This document shows, in pieces, positions 36,410 to 48,673 of a stretch of DNA of 64,000 bases. Numbering within the stretch: position 1 is the stretch's first letter; every line of letters begins with the position of its first letter. Both the position numbers and the translations under genes were made by a program. The stretch is from Candidatus Marinacidobacterales bacterium. Lineage in GTDB: Bacteria > Acidobacteriota > Vicinamibacteria > Marinacidobacterales > DATDRI01. The stretch covers positions 3,040,001 to 3,104,000 of the forward strand of contig CBDCNP010000002.1 in the NCBI GenBank assembly GCA_965219415.1. The letters are read 5' to 3'. The notes below the pieces were generated by a model, which searched no databases, was not told the origin of the DNA, and saw only the letters and a program-made list of their open reading frames with translations.

Positions 36410-37496
36410 TGCCTTGGTGCACAACTCCGATAGAGGCCGAGAGCTCGCTTGGCCCCGACTCCCATCATCCGATCATCTCGCTATCAGGCATCCCGAGCGC
36501 CGTCATGGTGTTGAGAATCTTGCACCCGATCCTTGCCTCACCTCTCTGTGCCGCCAACCCTCTCGCTCGCATCGCTGAGCCCACGATAGCCTTGTAGCGA
36601 TGGAACGTTGTCTCGACTTTGCTCCGTTTGCTGTAGCCCGATTCTGTGTGCCACTTTCGTTTGCCGAGCCGAGCTTGTGCTGCAATGTTGCGATTGCGCT
36701 GTCGGCTGCTCGCCGGCCCCGATGCGAGCAGGGCACCCTTGCGCGGCGGTATCAGCACCCTCGGCGAGCGATGAGCGCTGTGATTCTCGATTGCCTCATA
36801 GACGCCGCCGGCGTCGTATGCGGTGTCAGCTCTGGCCGATGAGATGGGACTGTCGATCTGTCCGACAAGCGATGCAACCCGCGATGAATCGCGGGCTCTT
36901 TTGCTCGTCAGCTCGCCGGCGACGACTTCGCCACTCTGCTCGTCGACACACAGATGGAGCTTGCGATAGTCCCTGCTCTTTTGTGCTCTGCGCAGCTGGC
37001 CGGCGTGGACAGCGAGACCGCTGCTGTCGATCAAGATGTGCAACGGCGTCTTCTGCTTGACTGGGTAGAAGGGGACCTTACCCAGCTTCGGCTTGCGCCT
37101 CGAGAGCGTGGTGTGAACGGGCACATCATTGTCTAGCTTCATCAGAGCGAACAACGACCGCAGCAATCCCTCGCTCTGCCTAGATGACAGATGAAACACC
37201 ATGCCCAGGGTGACAGCCGTCTCGATGGCGTGGTTCGAGTACTTGCGTTGACGGCCCGGTTTCCTCCTCCTTGGCCGGGGCGCGTCCCAGTTCACAAGCT
37301 TGCCGGCGGTGAGCGAGATCCAGACGGTCAGGCTCCCGCGGTTGCGTAGACCCGCCTCATATTCACGCCAATTCCTCACGCGATAGGCCTTCTTCACATA
37401 CTTCCGCTGAGTGCGTTTGAAAATGCTCATGGGGAACCTCGTATCCGCGAGTACAGGACAATTGTGGACCGAGATCGCGAGTTGTGCACCAAGGCA
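36410..37496 (-). mobile_element. IS5-family (IS903-like) element with transposase 36465-37430
   Basis: TIR GCCTTGGTGCACAACTC / GAGTTGTGCACCAAGGC; YRVRNWREYEAGLRNRGSL, IDSSG, RKLHL, ADTAYD, RSKVET. Confidence 0.92.
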
Positions 37497-37498
37497 GC

Positions 37499-37592
37499 TG
37501 TGCTCCGCAAAAAATCGATCCGGCGTTGATTGCGCGTTTTAGACCTGCTATATTCGGCGGCTTCTGGCCGATCTTCTTTTTTGCGGATCACA
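37499..37592 (+). mobile_element. Family E ~94-bp MITE
   Basis: TGTGCTCCGCAAAAAA ... TTTTTTGCGGATCACA. Confidence 0.85.
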
Positions 37593-37784
37593 GGTGGTTG
37601 CCGGATGGGAACGGATCTGGAGGAGAGCGTCTGCGACAGCTGCGGACGGACTTATGATCACGAGAACCTCTTTGTAGTCGGTTCTCCGACGATGCCCACC
37701 GGCAGATACACCAACAGAATACTGACGTTGGTTGCTTTAAGCCTACGTTCGGCTCCGAGGATGACAGAGACGCTGAGCTAGTTC

Positions 37785-39416
37785 ATGCGAACCACGTGGG
37801 TGACTCTCGCGACGGCCCTGGCCTTGAATGCGGCCGATGGGGTCGCGGCCTCTACGTACTCCGAGCTTGTCGTGATCTATGGCGACATCGGTACCGCGCG
37901 GTCTCCCAAATGGGTCGATGGATTGCCGGATCCAAGTCCGGAAACGCTCTCCACGGACCGGCGTCAGTACGAAGAGCTTCGAAAGCGATTGGCCGCCATC
38001 GATCCGACCGGTTGGCCGGCGGCTCGCAAGATCGACTACCTCCTCGTCCGGTCTCTTCTGAACGGATGGGATTTCGAATATCGCGTCGTGCGAAATCCGT
38101 CTCGCAATCCCGGTCACTACCTCGTCGGGATTCAGGGTATTGCTTATACCGAGCTTCCTCTCGACGAGAAAAAGCTCGCCGGAATTCGCATGAAGCTGCG
38201 CGCGATTCCCCGGGTCTTGGAGCAGGGAAAGAAGAATCTCCATGAGAGGTCGCCGGCCCTATCGTGGATCACGATTGGAAATCTGGAGCTCGACATCGGA
38301 GTCCCTCATGGTGAGCCGCGGCGAGACGTGCCGCCTCCGGGGACGATTGGTTGGTTCCGAGATCTCGAGGAACGACTAGGGAAACATCATCCGGAGCTCG
38401 TGCCGGACGCCGAGGCAGCGCGGGCTGCACTCGAAGGCTACCGGGATTGGCTGAGGAAGGATCGGGGTCGGGCGGACGAGCATCCCGGAGTTGGGCGCGT
38501 CGAGTTCGACTGGTACTTGAAACATGCCCGACTGATTCCGTTTACCGCCGAAGAGATACTTGCGTTTGCAACCCACGAGCTGAAGCGGATGCAGGCGATG
38601 CTAGCTTGGGAGCGGCATCGGAACCGGAAACTACCCGAGCTCGTGCCGGTGGGATCGACAGAAGAATATGCCCGTCGAAAAGAAGACGCAGAGCGGCATA
38701 TTCGAGCCTTTCTCGTCGAGGACGACATTCTTACCGTTCCCGAGGACGTCGGGGATTTCACCGAGGCGCGGGAGCAAAGCCGCCCTTGGTTCGCTCGCCC
38801 CAGCGGAAAGCGAAACCTCTGGGAGGAGATCCAATACCGGGACCCGCGACCCGATCTGCTTCATACGGTTATACCGGGCCATGCATTCGACGATCGGGTT
38901 CGAAAGGGGCCTACCCCGATTCGCGAGAACTTCCGCGACCGGGCGGGAAGGGAAGGCTGGACCCTTTATGCTCAGGAGATGCTGTTACGCACGGGTTTTC
39001 TGGATCATCTGCCCCGCACGCGTGAGCTCATGGTCAACTTCCTCATAGCACGGTCGGCGCGGGCGATTGTGAACGTGAAGCTTCAGCTCAACGAGTTCTC
39101 GGTCGAAGAGGCCGTCGATTTCCTTTCTGAGAACGTGCCGTTCAACGCGAAAGACAGCTACCGTATCGACGCCGAGTTCTATGACATGTTGAGTCGGCCC
39201 ACTTACGCCATCAACTGGTATGTGGGCAAGGTGCAGATCGACCGGCTGGTGGCCGACCGCTCTCGCCAACTGGGAGCGGAGTTCGACTTACGACAGTTCC
39301 ACGATGCGTTTCTCGCTTCGGGTGCGATTCCGGTCGCTCTCGTTCGCTGGGCGATGACGGGATTCGACGATGAGATTCAACCCTTGTGGAACGTCGAAAC
39401 GAGCCCCAATAGGTAA
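37785..39416 (+). CDS. DUF885 family secreted protein
   Basis: Signal peptide; HTVIPGH; EGWTLYAQE; FDLRQFHDAFLASGAIP. Confidence 0.85.
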   Translation: MRTTWVTLATALALNAADGVAASTYSELVVIYGDIGTARSPKWVDGLPDPSPETLSTDRRQYEELRKRLAAIDPTGWPAARKIDYLLVRSLLNGWDFEYRVVRNPSRNPGHYLVGIQGIAYTELPLDEKKLAGIRMKLRAIPRVLEQGKKNLHERSPALSWITIGNLELDIGVPHGEPRRDVPPPGTIGWFRDLEERLGKHHPELVPDAEAARAALEGYRDWLRKDRGRADEHPGVGRVEFDWYLKHARLIPFTAEEILAFATHELKRMQAMLAWERHRNRKLPELVPVGSTEEYARRKEDAERHIRAFLVEDDILTVPEDVGDFTEAREQSRPWFARPSGKRNLWEEIQYRDPRPDLLHTVIPGHAFDDRVRKGPTPIRENFRDRAGREGWTLYAQEMLLRTGFLDHLPRTRELMVNFLIARSARAIVNVKLQLNEFSVEEAVDFLSENVPFNAKDSYRIDAEFYDMLSRPTYAINWYVGKVQIDRLVADRSRQLGAEFDLRQFHDAFLASGAIPVALVRWAMTGFDDEIQPLWNVETSPNR

Positions 39417-39460
39417 TTTCTTAGAAAGCTGTAAGCGGGTACTAATCGTACAAAAACGCC

Positions 39461-41413
39461 GTGAAGATTTCGACGATATTGGATCACATCGACAGTGGGC
39501 ACATGGCGCTCCCGGAATTCCAGCGCGGTTATGTCTGGAACCGCGATCAAGTGCGCGGCTTGTTTGATTCCCTCTATCATCGGCACCCGGTCGGTGGGCT
39601 CTTGGTCTGGGCCACGGAGGCGAAAACGGCTGTCCATCGCGGCGACCGTCCGGTCGCCGCGGGCATTGTCAAACTGCTGCTGGATGGACAACAGCGCATG
39701 ACATCGGTCTATGGCGTCGTACGGGGTAAACCGCCAAAGTTCTTTGACGGCAACTCCCGGGCGTTCACGGGGCTTCGGTTTCACCTCGGCACCGAAACCT
39801 TCGCCTTCTATCAACCTATCAAGATGCAGGACGATCCCCTGTGGATCGACATGACAGAGCTGATGCAGAGAGGCACGGAGGGTCTAGGTAGCTTCGTTGC
39901 CCAGCTTGCCGCGAATCCCCAGCACGCGGCTCTGGTCGGTGATATGGCTGGACGCCTAAGCAAAATCCTCAGCATCACCGACATCGACCTGCATGTCGAA
40001 GAGGTGACAGGTCCAGGCAAGACCCTCGATATCGTTGTCGACATCTTCAACCGTGTGAACAGCGGCGGCACCAAGCTGTCCAAGGGCGATCTAGCCTTGG
40101 CGAAGATTTGCGCGGAATGGCCAGACGCCCGCGAATCCATGAAGGCCAAGCTGCAAGAGTGGAATGCCGCGGGGTATCATTTCAATCTGGACTGGCTACT
40201 GCGGTCGATAAACACGATTCTGACCGGCGAGGCCAAGTTCAGCTTTCTCCATGACAAGGGCGCGCTCGATATCCAGGACGGGTTGAAACGCGCCTCGACG
40301 CACATCGACACGTCACTAAACCTTATCGCCGGGCGGCTCGGCCTCGACAATGATCGGGCCCTCTTCGGTCGCTTCGGCCTGCCGGTTATGGTGCGTTACA
40401 TGGACAAGAAGAGCGGTTCGCTGGACGCGAAAGAGCGGGACAAGCTGCTCTTCTGGTTCGCGCAGGCGGGCATGTGGGGCCGGTTCTCGGGATCCACCGA
40501 AACGGTCATCGACCAGGACCTCGCTGCCCTAGAAGGACCGAAAGGTGGACTCGATGCGCTGATCGAGCAATTGCGCCTGTGGCACGGGAGTTTGCGGGTT
40601 GAGCCTGATCATTTCACTGGCTGGAGCCTCGGCGCACGGTTCTATCCGGTGCTATACATGCTTACCCGCATGGGCGACGCCCTTGATTGGGGCACCGGCT
40701 TGCCGCTCAAGGCGACCTTGCTCGGCAACATGAACCGCCTGGAGGTGCACCACATCTTTCCGAAGGCGAGGCTCTATGAGCGCGACTATAGGCGGGACGA
40801 AGTGAACGCGCTGGCGAACTTCTGCCTCCTGACCAAGGACACTAACTTGGATATCAGCAAGCGCTGGCCCGAGGAATACTTTGCCGAGGTGGAGGCGAAG
40901 CATTCCGGCGCGCTCGCCTCCCAATGGATTCCCATGGATCCAGCGCTCTGGAAGATCGAACGTTATTTCGACTTCCTCGAAGCACGAAAAGCACTGCTGG
41001 CGGAGGAAGCCAACAAGCGATTCGAAGAGCTGCTGCACGGCGATACGCACTGGCTTTCTGGCATAACAGAGGTTCCATCAACGCCGTCGCCAGCGGTGGT
41101 CGGGGGGATCACGGGAGAGACCGAAGAGGCGGAGCTGAAAGCCGTAAACCAATGGGTGGAAGAACAGGGGCTCCCAAGCGGACATGTGGCCTTCGACTAT
41201 GCAGATGCCGAAACGGGAGTCCAGAAGGCCGTCTTTGATCTGGTTTGGCCGGAAGGGCTCCAGCCCGGCCTGACGGAACCGGTAGCGGTGCTGCTGAACG
41301 AAACCGCGGAGGTTTTGGCGCTGGCGAGTACTGCTGGCTTTCACTGTTTCACCACGGTTGCAGAATTTCGCACTTATGTCGAAGCCGATATCTTAAAACT
41401 TGAGACCGTCTGA
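39461..41413 (+). CDS. GmrSD-like protein (DUF262 + DUF1524/HNH)
   Basis: LPEFQRGYVW, LLDGQQR, IFNRVNSGG, EVHHIFP, LANFCLL. Confidence 0.88.
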   Translation: MKISTILDHIDSGHMALPEFQRGYVWNRDQVRGLFDSLYHRHPVGGLLVWATEAKTAVHRGDRPVAAGIVKLLLDGQQRMTSVYGVVRGKPPKFFDGNSRAFTGLRFHLGTETFAFYQPIKMQDDPLWIDMTELMQRGTEGLGSFVAQLAANPQHAALVGDMAGRLSKILSITDIDLHVEEVTGPGKTLDIVVDIFNRVNSGGTKLSKGDLALAKICAEWPDARESMKAKLQEWNAAGYHFNLDWLLRSINTILTGEAKFSFLHDKGALDIQDGLKRASTHIDTSLNLIAGRLGLDNDRALFGRFGLPVMVRYMDKKSGSLDAKERDKLLFWFAQAGMWGRFSGSTETVIDQDLAALEGPKGGLDALIEQLRLWHGSLRVEPDHFTGWSLGARFYPVLYMLTRMGDALDWGTGLPLKATLLGNMNRLEVHHIFPKARLYERDYRRDEVNALANFCLLTKDTNLDISKRWPEEYFAEVEAKHSGALASQWIPMDPALWKIERYFDFLEARKALLAEEANKRFEELLHGDTHWLSGITEVPSTPSPAVVGGITGETEEAELKAVNQWVEEQGLPSGHVAFDYADAETGVQKAVFDLVWPEGLQPGLTEPVAVLLNETAEVLALASTAGFHCFTTVAEFRTYVEADILKLETV

Positions 41414-41535
41414 GGAAGGCTCCGACTACAACGAAATGAAAGTGACTGCTGCGCTGAGCCCGTCCGTTGCATCCGTGCTGTGCGAGTGGCGACGATGAAG
41501 GTAGAGAAGTATCAGATCCCCTCGGAGGTCGAGAT

Positions 41536-42078
41536 CGTCTGGTCAAAATACTCGAACGCCCAGCGGGTCAGCAGTTTGCACCTTTCCAAGGGCTGCTTGA
41601 ATCCGGCATCGCGGTCGGATGAGTATTCCTTCCGGGTGCACAGTTCGTTGCCTGCAGCTCGCCCCGCAGCCGGATTTGAGTCAGCCGTGCCCACCCCAGT
41701 GGGCCTGTCGTCCGCCACCCGCAGCCCAGGGATCGGAAGCCAGCCTTGGCGCGAAATACCCTCGATTCTGAGCGGATTCCAAGGGCGTCTAAGCTGCTGA
41801 TTTGTGGTCTATTTCAAAAGGGCCGAGTTTTGGCACAGGACGGGAGCGGTGGGCGTGGGCGCTCTTTCTTCAGCGCCGTCACTTGCTGCCGCAAAGCGAC
41901 GTTCTCCAACACCAGGTCGGCGCGGCGCCGACACATCGCCCCAATGGCACGGACGCCAAGTGAGACGAGGAAGACAACAACGTCGAGCATAGCGGCGGAG
42001 TTTCGCCGTCTTCGGCCCGGAATTCAAGCGGAGCGTAAGTCCTTGATTTCGTGGGCGGAGCAGTTTTGACGATGCACA
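41536..42078. mobile_element. Stack: family C left end, family D end (to 41843), family B left end (to 42078)
   Basis: Identity to the ends of the intact elements. Confidence 0.8.
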
Positions 42079-42324
42079 GGTCTCATCGGTCTGCTGGCGG
42101 ACACGGCGGGCAACTTCGCGGTGGGTTCGGTCTCGCCGGGCTCCACGGTCAAGACGGTGGAGTTCAAGATGAACTTGCTGGCGGGAGTCCAGGGAGACCT
42201 GCTCGCCATCGGAGAGGTCGTCCGCAAGGGACGCTCCCTCGCCACCTGCCGGCTCGAGGTCGTTGGGGGCAACGACGATGTGGTGGCCATCGGGCTGGCC
42301 ACTTATGCCATCCAGGCTGTTTAG
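42079..42324 (+). pseudogene. 3' part of a PaaI-family thioesterase
   Basis: GLLADTAG...KTVEFKMNLLA...GEVVRKGRSLA. Confidence 0.75.
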
Positions 42325-42827
42325 CCATCTGCACCTGCTTGTTGCAGCCCAGGCGGTGCTTCCGCCATTAAGTGTTGGTAAAATAACGCTAAGACTTTAC
42401 GGTGCATTAAATTACAGCCATGGTCTTTCAAAAGGGCCGAGTTTTGGCACAGGACGGGAAAAGAGGCCACCCGAGAGGCCCAGAATCGAGGCCGGGGCTA
42501 CTGTGGTGTAGCGGGCCTAGCACGTTCTAGTCCAGGTCCGGCCCGGGCCTCCTTTATTTCCATCTTTGCCCATGACCTGGACCTAGGTCTTCGCCCAGGG
42601 AGCGTGGTATCTTGCTTTCTGGACGGTGTTTCCCTGCGCATGCATCGTCGGGTCGACCGGTACGGAGAACCCGATCGTGGCAGGTCTAAACCACGCAATC
42701 AACGCTAGATCGACTTTTTGCGGAGCACAGCTGATAACTCTGCGCACACCTAGCGCGTATCATTGCCGCTGCCCCTCTCGTGTCCAACTCCCCTGCTTCC
42801 CGAAAAAAATCTAGGAGAAATGACCCC

Positions 42828-44343
42828 GTGAGTGACTCACATGAGAATACGCGATTTTGGCTCGCGTTGCTGACTTACCCAGACGACGCCCAGCGACGAA
42901 CACGATACTGGAACGGTTATCTTGCGTGGAAGTTGCCGAGTGACTTCCGGTACAAAATCCGTAACGTTGGGAATCCTCCTTTCAATCGGTTCTTTCAGAA
43001 CGAACATTTGCAGTTAAAGCAAGACGAGAAGCGTAAACTCGATGCACTCGCCGATAAGTTCGGAGGACATCCTCCATTTCCAAGCAGACCCAACGGAAGT
43101 ACTGGCTCGATACATGGATTTCTCCGACCACACCTTCAACGACGACGTATGTTTTGCTGGCCGGATTTTGATCAAAGCTAGCTTTAAGAACGCCACATTC
43201 GACCGCCTCTCCGACTTCCGCAATGTAACATTTGTAGATACAGCAGACTTTGAGCGAGCAGCGTTTAGGCGTTGCACTCGTTTCGATAGCGTCACATTCG
43301 AAAATTCCGTCTATTTCAAAGCTGCGACATTCATGGAAACCACCGTGTTCGACGAATCCGAATTCAAGGATGCTGCCTCTTTTGACGGATCGAATTTCCT
43401 ACCCATCCCCGGCATACAAGGAAACTCGGCCGGTGCGGTGGATTTTCGGAATTCTGTTTTCAAGAGCGATGCAAGTTTTGAGGGAACTAAATTAGGCGTG
43501 CCAGGCAATTTAGAAGGCACAAAATTTCATAACAATGTCAACTTCAGGGATTGTCTATTCGTAAAGAGCGCAGATTTTCAGAGAGCAGTATTCGAACGTA
43601 CAGCCGATTTCTCTGCCGCACGGTTCGAGCACATTGCAAATTTCAATGACGCTAGGTTCGAAGCTACTACATATTTCTGCGATTCATTATTTCTGCAGCC
43701 ACCACAGTTTTTCGAGACTAACCTCCATGAGGATACAGATTTTAGCGGCGTAGACTGGCGCAAGGCGGAATCATGTTATGCAGTGTCATGGTGGTCGAAG
43801 AATATTTTTCGCCGCACTCAAGAACGAACTACATCGGACGTCGTCGATGCTAGCAAAGCGATGCAAGCCTGGGATCGATTGGCACTAATCATGAGCAAGG
43901 TCGAAAAACTGCCAGAAAGACATGATTTCTACAGACTTCGAATGCGCGCTCAGAGAAAACGAGATGGGTGGAGTGTTTTGTCTCTAGCCAATTGGTTGTT
44001 TGATGTTTCGTGCGACTATGGTTGGAACATGCGACGCGCATTGATTTGGTGGGCAGGGCACTACATCATTATTGGGCTATTGCTTTTCAGTCAGGCTAGC
44101 CCCGGGTACGAAACGTGCGGAGCTGTGTTGTGGGATTGTCTACTAATCAGTTTTTCGAACGCACACGCGTTTTTCGGCCTAACCTCCGACGGCGGATATT
44201 TGTACAATTCCCGGGAGTGCGTAGTCGCTGCGCTTCACAATAGTGCCCTTCTGAATGCATTGGGTGCAATTCAGGCTATCACCGGCCCCATTTTCCTTTT
44301 TCTGCTCTTGTTGACCGTACGTAATCGTTTTCGTCTGCGTTAA
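42828..44343 (+). CDS. Pentapeptide-repeat membrane protein (probable frameshift near 43080)
   Basis: Repeated A.F..A.F units; DYGWNMRRAL followed by TM helices; visibly lower GC than neighbours. Confidence 0.8.
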
Positions 44344-44545
44344 CTAGCATGGGCTAGATCTCTTAACGATGCTTGCGCTATTTGCTGTTGGTGATGTGTA
44401 CGCATCCCTTTGCAGATACCGGTGGCGTCGTCGGGTCGACTGGCACAAAGCAGCCGACCATAGCAGTCTAAAATGCGCAATCAACTCCGGATAGACTTTT
44501 TGCGGAGCAGAACAGGACGGGATTGGATTTTTTTCGAGCTGGACG

Positions 44546-45698
44546 GGTGCTTCCGCCATCAAGTGTTGCTACGCGGCTGCGGGCAGTGGTACAGGTGCGG
44601 AAGAGACCGGGTTGCGCGTCCCAGTGAGCAGGAAAACCTCGATCCGCGACCACAAAGGAATCGTCATCGCCAAGAAGATGTCTCGAAAGGTGAGCCGTCG
44701 CGTCGTCAGACCGGCTTGCATAGCCGGAGTTCGGATCTCACGTCCGAACTTCAGAGCTCCGTGCGGTCGGACGAAGTTGTAATAGCAACGGAGCAACTCG
44801 TCTCGAAAGGTATGCCGAGCTTTGCCGGATGGTCAGATTCAACCGCTCGATGAACGACGTGTTCAATGTCGAAGAGTCCTCGGAGTTATTGAGCGCGTCT
44901 TCGAATCGCCACGCGGCTCCGTGCAGCGCTCTCCGTTCGACCTTGATGATGCGATCGTTCCTGCGCGTTTTTAGGACCTGGCCGTAGAGACACGCTGGAC
45001 CGAAGAAGCGACGGATGACCTTCTGGTAGAATTCGAATCCATCCGTGACGATCAAGGGAAGACGCTCGAAATTCATCCGTCTCGAAAGGTCGCGAAACAG
45101 AGCGTGAGTGTTCCGGTAGCTTCGCCTTCCCGTCACCGTCGATGGCCAGAGCCGAGACCAGACCTCGATCGTAACGAAGACCCAACTCGGTGTCTTCTTG
45201 TTGCCCGCGAACGTGCGAATCTCGTCGGCTTGAAGCTCTTCGGCAGCGAAGCCAGCGATCCTTCTGTGATTGAATCGACGACACACTTGGGCTGCCTTCT
45301 CGAGCCAGCGGGCGACGGTGTTCCAGGCAATCCCTTTGATCCGGGAAATCGCGGAAATGCTGACACCCTCGACTCTGAGAGCAATGACCCCATCGAAAGT
45401 AGCTCTTCGATGTTGGAGACGGTAGTAGGGCGTGCCTTTCGTCGAAGAGAACGTCTTTCCGCACTCGCCGCACCGGTATCGACGGCGTTTCCCGGACCTG
45501 GTTCGGTAGAATCCGTGGCGAACGATGTTTCCGGAACTGACTTTGCCCCGCAACGGACATGCGGGATTGAGACATTTGCTATTCTTCACTTCGGCTCGGC
45601 CCTGACGATGAGAGAACTGTGTCTTCGGAATTCTGGTTCAAACTCTAGCACGCAGACCGGTTAGGGGCTGGCCGCCAACACTTAATTGCGGAAGCACC
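44546..45698 (-). mobile_element. Family A parent: IS1-family element; transposase 45589-44569 with a 3' frameshift/deletion
   Basis: 23-bp TIR GGTGCTTCCGCCATCAAGTGTTG; zinc ribbon (CLNPAC...CGEC), HTH, ADE, TDG, IERLN, YYNFVRPH. Confidence 0.88.
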
Positions 45699-45899
45699 GG
45701 TCTATTTCAAAAGGGGCCGAGTTTTGGCACAGGACGGGTTCAACCTAGTGGGTTACCGACCGCTGGCGCCCGAAACGATTTGGTTGAAACCGAATCTGCT
45801 CCGCTGACTTCGTGCTTCCATCGTTCGAGAGCGGATTGCAAACTGCTGACCCGCTGGGCGTTCGAGTATTTGGACCAGACGGGCTATCCGTCACGCAAC

Positions 45900-46907
45900 C
45901 TACATTCCGAATGTGCGGTTGGCTGCGAACAGGTAGGAATACGCGCTGACTCTTTCGGGGACGCCAGGAACGATCCCGGAAATGACGCCGGCAGCCGTGA
46001 GTGCCAAGCCAATCGGGTCACCAGTAGCCGCTGACCAAACGCTGCCTGCAATCCCCAGAGACCACGAGCGCAGATCCTTCCCGAGCGCCAGTCTGGTAGA
46101 TCGTTGGATGTCGTGGGCTGCATCAGCAACTTCCTGTCGGCGTTTCAGCAACGCACTTTCTCGCTCATCGGGGTTATCGATGTCGGCTAGTTCGGCGATG
46201 AAACCCCGAAGATCGCGCATGTATGCGCGATAGGCATCTTGGTGTTCCGTACGGAACTGAAGAACATCATCAAGAGGAATGGATGCCAAGTCGAACGTCA
46301 CGGGTTCAAGGTCTAGTTTAATCACCTTGTCCCGTGATGGCATCGACTCCCGTGACAATGTTCTCACCAAATCCATGACGGCTTCGGAGTTGTTGGTCAC
46401 CGGATGAATCGCCAATTCGTGTTTTTTTCCGGCGATACGGGCGAGTTGTGCGAGAACGGCAAGAATAGTGGTGCGTACATCAGGATGGAGCGGGATCGAA
46501 ACTCCGTCCTCGCTCGGGCGCGCAAGTCCTTTCGCTTGAAGCTCCTCGACCAAAGAACCTGCCAATTTTACGTCGGCGCCATAGCCGATTCGGGACTGCG
46601 ACAGCTCCGCGAAGTAGTCAGTCTTCCGAAGGTCATCGAATGTGCCATTGGTGAGCAGTTCAGCAACGACCTCCGCCAACTTGCCAGTGATTTCTCTGTC
46701 GATCCAGTCGTTGGGTTCGAGCACTCGCAAGAGACCTCGGTCCTCAAGAGGCTCAGCAAGCGTTGGATCTGCGTCGACGTGGCGACCGTACATGTAATTC
46801 GGTAATAGAATAGCAACGTCGTCGAAGAACAGCAGAAGCGACTTGATCCAACTACTGTCCTCCGAACTCCAATACGGTGCCGGGTAGTAGTACCCAGTAT
46901 CAGTCAT
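45900..46907 (-). CDS. Hypothetical protein
   Basis: 335-aa ORF, WIKSLLLFFDDV motif, hydrophobic C-terminus; ATGA overlap with a truncated upstream ORF; family C ends on both sides. Confidence 0.75.
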   Translation of the reverse strand: MTDTGYYYPAPYWSSEDSSWIKSLLLFFDDVAILLPNYMYGRHVDADPTLAEPLEDRGLLRVLEPNDWIDREITGKLAEVVAELLTNGTFDDLRKTDYFAELSQSRIGYGADVKLAGSLVEELQAKGLARPSEDGVSIPLHPDVRTTILAVLAQLARIAGKKHELAIHPVTNNSEAVMDLVRTLSRESMPSRDKVIKLDLEPVTFDLASIPLDDVLQFRTEHQDAYRAYMRDLRGFIAELADIDNPDERESALLKRRQEVADAAHDIQRSTRLALGKDLRSWSLGIAGSVWSAATGDPIGLALTAAGVISGIVPGVPERVSAYSYLFAANRTFGM

Positions 46908-46963
46908 TCCAGCAACTCCTTCTCGAAGCGATCCGGCGGTTGGAATGATACGCCATTGGTGGA

Positions 46964-47372
46964 CGTCTGGTCAAAATATTCGAACGCCCAGCGGGTCAGC
47001 AGTTTGCACCTTTCCAAAGGCTGTTTGAATCCGTCATCGCGGTCGGATACGTATTCCAGTTCAGCGGAAGGAGTCGCGATCGACTGGAAGACCATGCTGA
47101 GTTACGTCTCAGGATCCGTGGATGAGGAGTTGCTCCTGCGCAACGAGTTGTAATCCGCAAAAAAGAAGACCGGACCCGTTACCGTGCGAGTGGCCGTCCT
47201 GTGCCAAAACTCGGCCCTTTTGAAATAGCTCATAAATCAGCAACTTAGAGTCTGTGTTTGTGGCCGTGCCCAGGGCCGGGCACGAACGAACGACGAAATC
47301 ATGCAGGCATGGTGCCGGCAGACCGGAGATCAATCAAGTTCGGTGCGCGCGGATGAATAAATAGAAGGCACA
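46964..47372. mobile_element. Stack: family C left end with transposase start, E end remnant, D+F chimeric mini-element (47194-47372)
   Basis: DWKTMLSYVSGSVD fragment; recurrent end motifs. Confidence 0.8.
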
Positions 47373-47387
47373 ACGTCCCAGCCATGG

Positions 47388-48673
47388 TGTCCATCATCAT
47401 TATTTATCCGGGACTGGACTCTAGGCTCGGACCGCCCTCGAGCACATGCTGGAGAGCGTGGTCAGCGCGCGAGGGAAGGTGCTGAGGACGAACTTCTCGG
47501 CGACCAGCCGAGTAACGCGAGCGACCAAGCTGACTCAGGCTGCCTCTCGCCACTCGTATCGATGGTGCAGTCCACCGACTCGCGGCAGTGCGACTACTTT
47601 CGCCGTAGGAGACGGTCGGTGCGTGACCGCCCTCAAGCTCGGTGTGTCCTTGTTCAGCCCCAAGTGGCAACGGTCCTCGTGATAGTAGCTGATGTAAGCT
47701 CGCACGAGCCGGATGAGATGACATGCACCGAGAACCACGACGTGCTCAAGGAGCTCGCGACGGCAGCTGCCGACCCACCGCTCCGCGGTTCCGTTTTGCC
47801 ATGGGCTGCGAAACGAAGTGCGAACGGGTTTTGTGCCCGTTGCCTTGATGAACTCGATGACCGCAGCGCTAAAGATGAAGTCGCGATCGAAGATGAGATA
47901 TTTCGGAGCGGTGTCGTAGGGAAACGCCTCACGCAGTTGCTGAATAACCCAAGCAGACGTCGGGTGGAACGTGGCGTTGAAGTGAACGATGTGCCGACGG
48001 CCGTGCTCGATGACGAAGAAGCCGTACAGCAGCCGGAGCGAAGCGGTGGGCACGGTGAACAGATCCATGGCGGCGATATCGTCTTTATGGTTGCGCAAGA
48101 AAGCCATCCATCGCTTCAGCTGATCGGGCTCCGCGGGATGCCGCGGCAGGTATCGCGACACCGTAATCTCGGAGATGATGAAACCGAGCTTGGTGAGTTC
48201 AGCATGGATGCGTGGCGCCCCCCAGCCGTCTTGCGCCATCGTGCGGACGAGGCGGCGAATCTCGGCATCAATCCGAGGCCGACCGGGATGGTAGCGCTGC
48301 GACATCTTTGCCCAGTACCGTCGGAATCGGTCGCGATGCCAACGGGGCCACGGTGTCCGCGTGGACGATGAGCAGGCGGCTCGCCCACACGGGCCACGAA
48401 CCTCGAAGGGCAACCCAGAAAGCCCGTTCCGTGTCTTCGAGCGGTGGGCGTGGGCGCTCTTTCTTCAGCGCCGTCACTTGCTGCCGCAAAGCGACGTTCT
48501 CCAACACCAGGTCGGCGCGGCGCCGACACATCGCCCGAATGACACGGACGCCAAGTGAGACGAGGAAGACAACAACGTCGAGCATAGCGGTGGAGTTTCG
48601 CCGTCTTCGGCCCGGAATTCAAGCGGAGCGTAAGTCCTTGATTTCGTGGGCGGAGCAGTTTTGACGATGCACA
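47388..48673 (-). mobile_element. Family B IS, full length, frameshifted near 48345
   Basis: Both TIRs present; transposase split over two frames. Confidence 0.88.
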
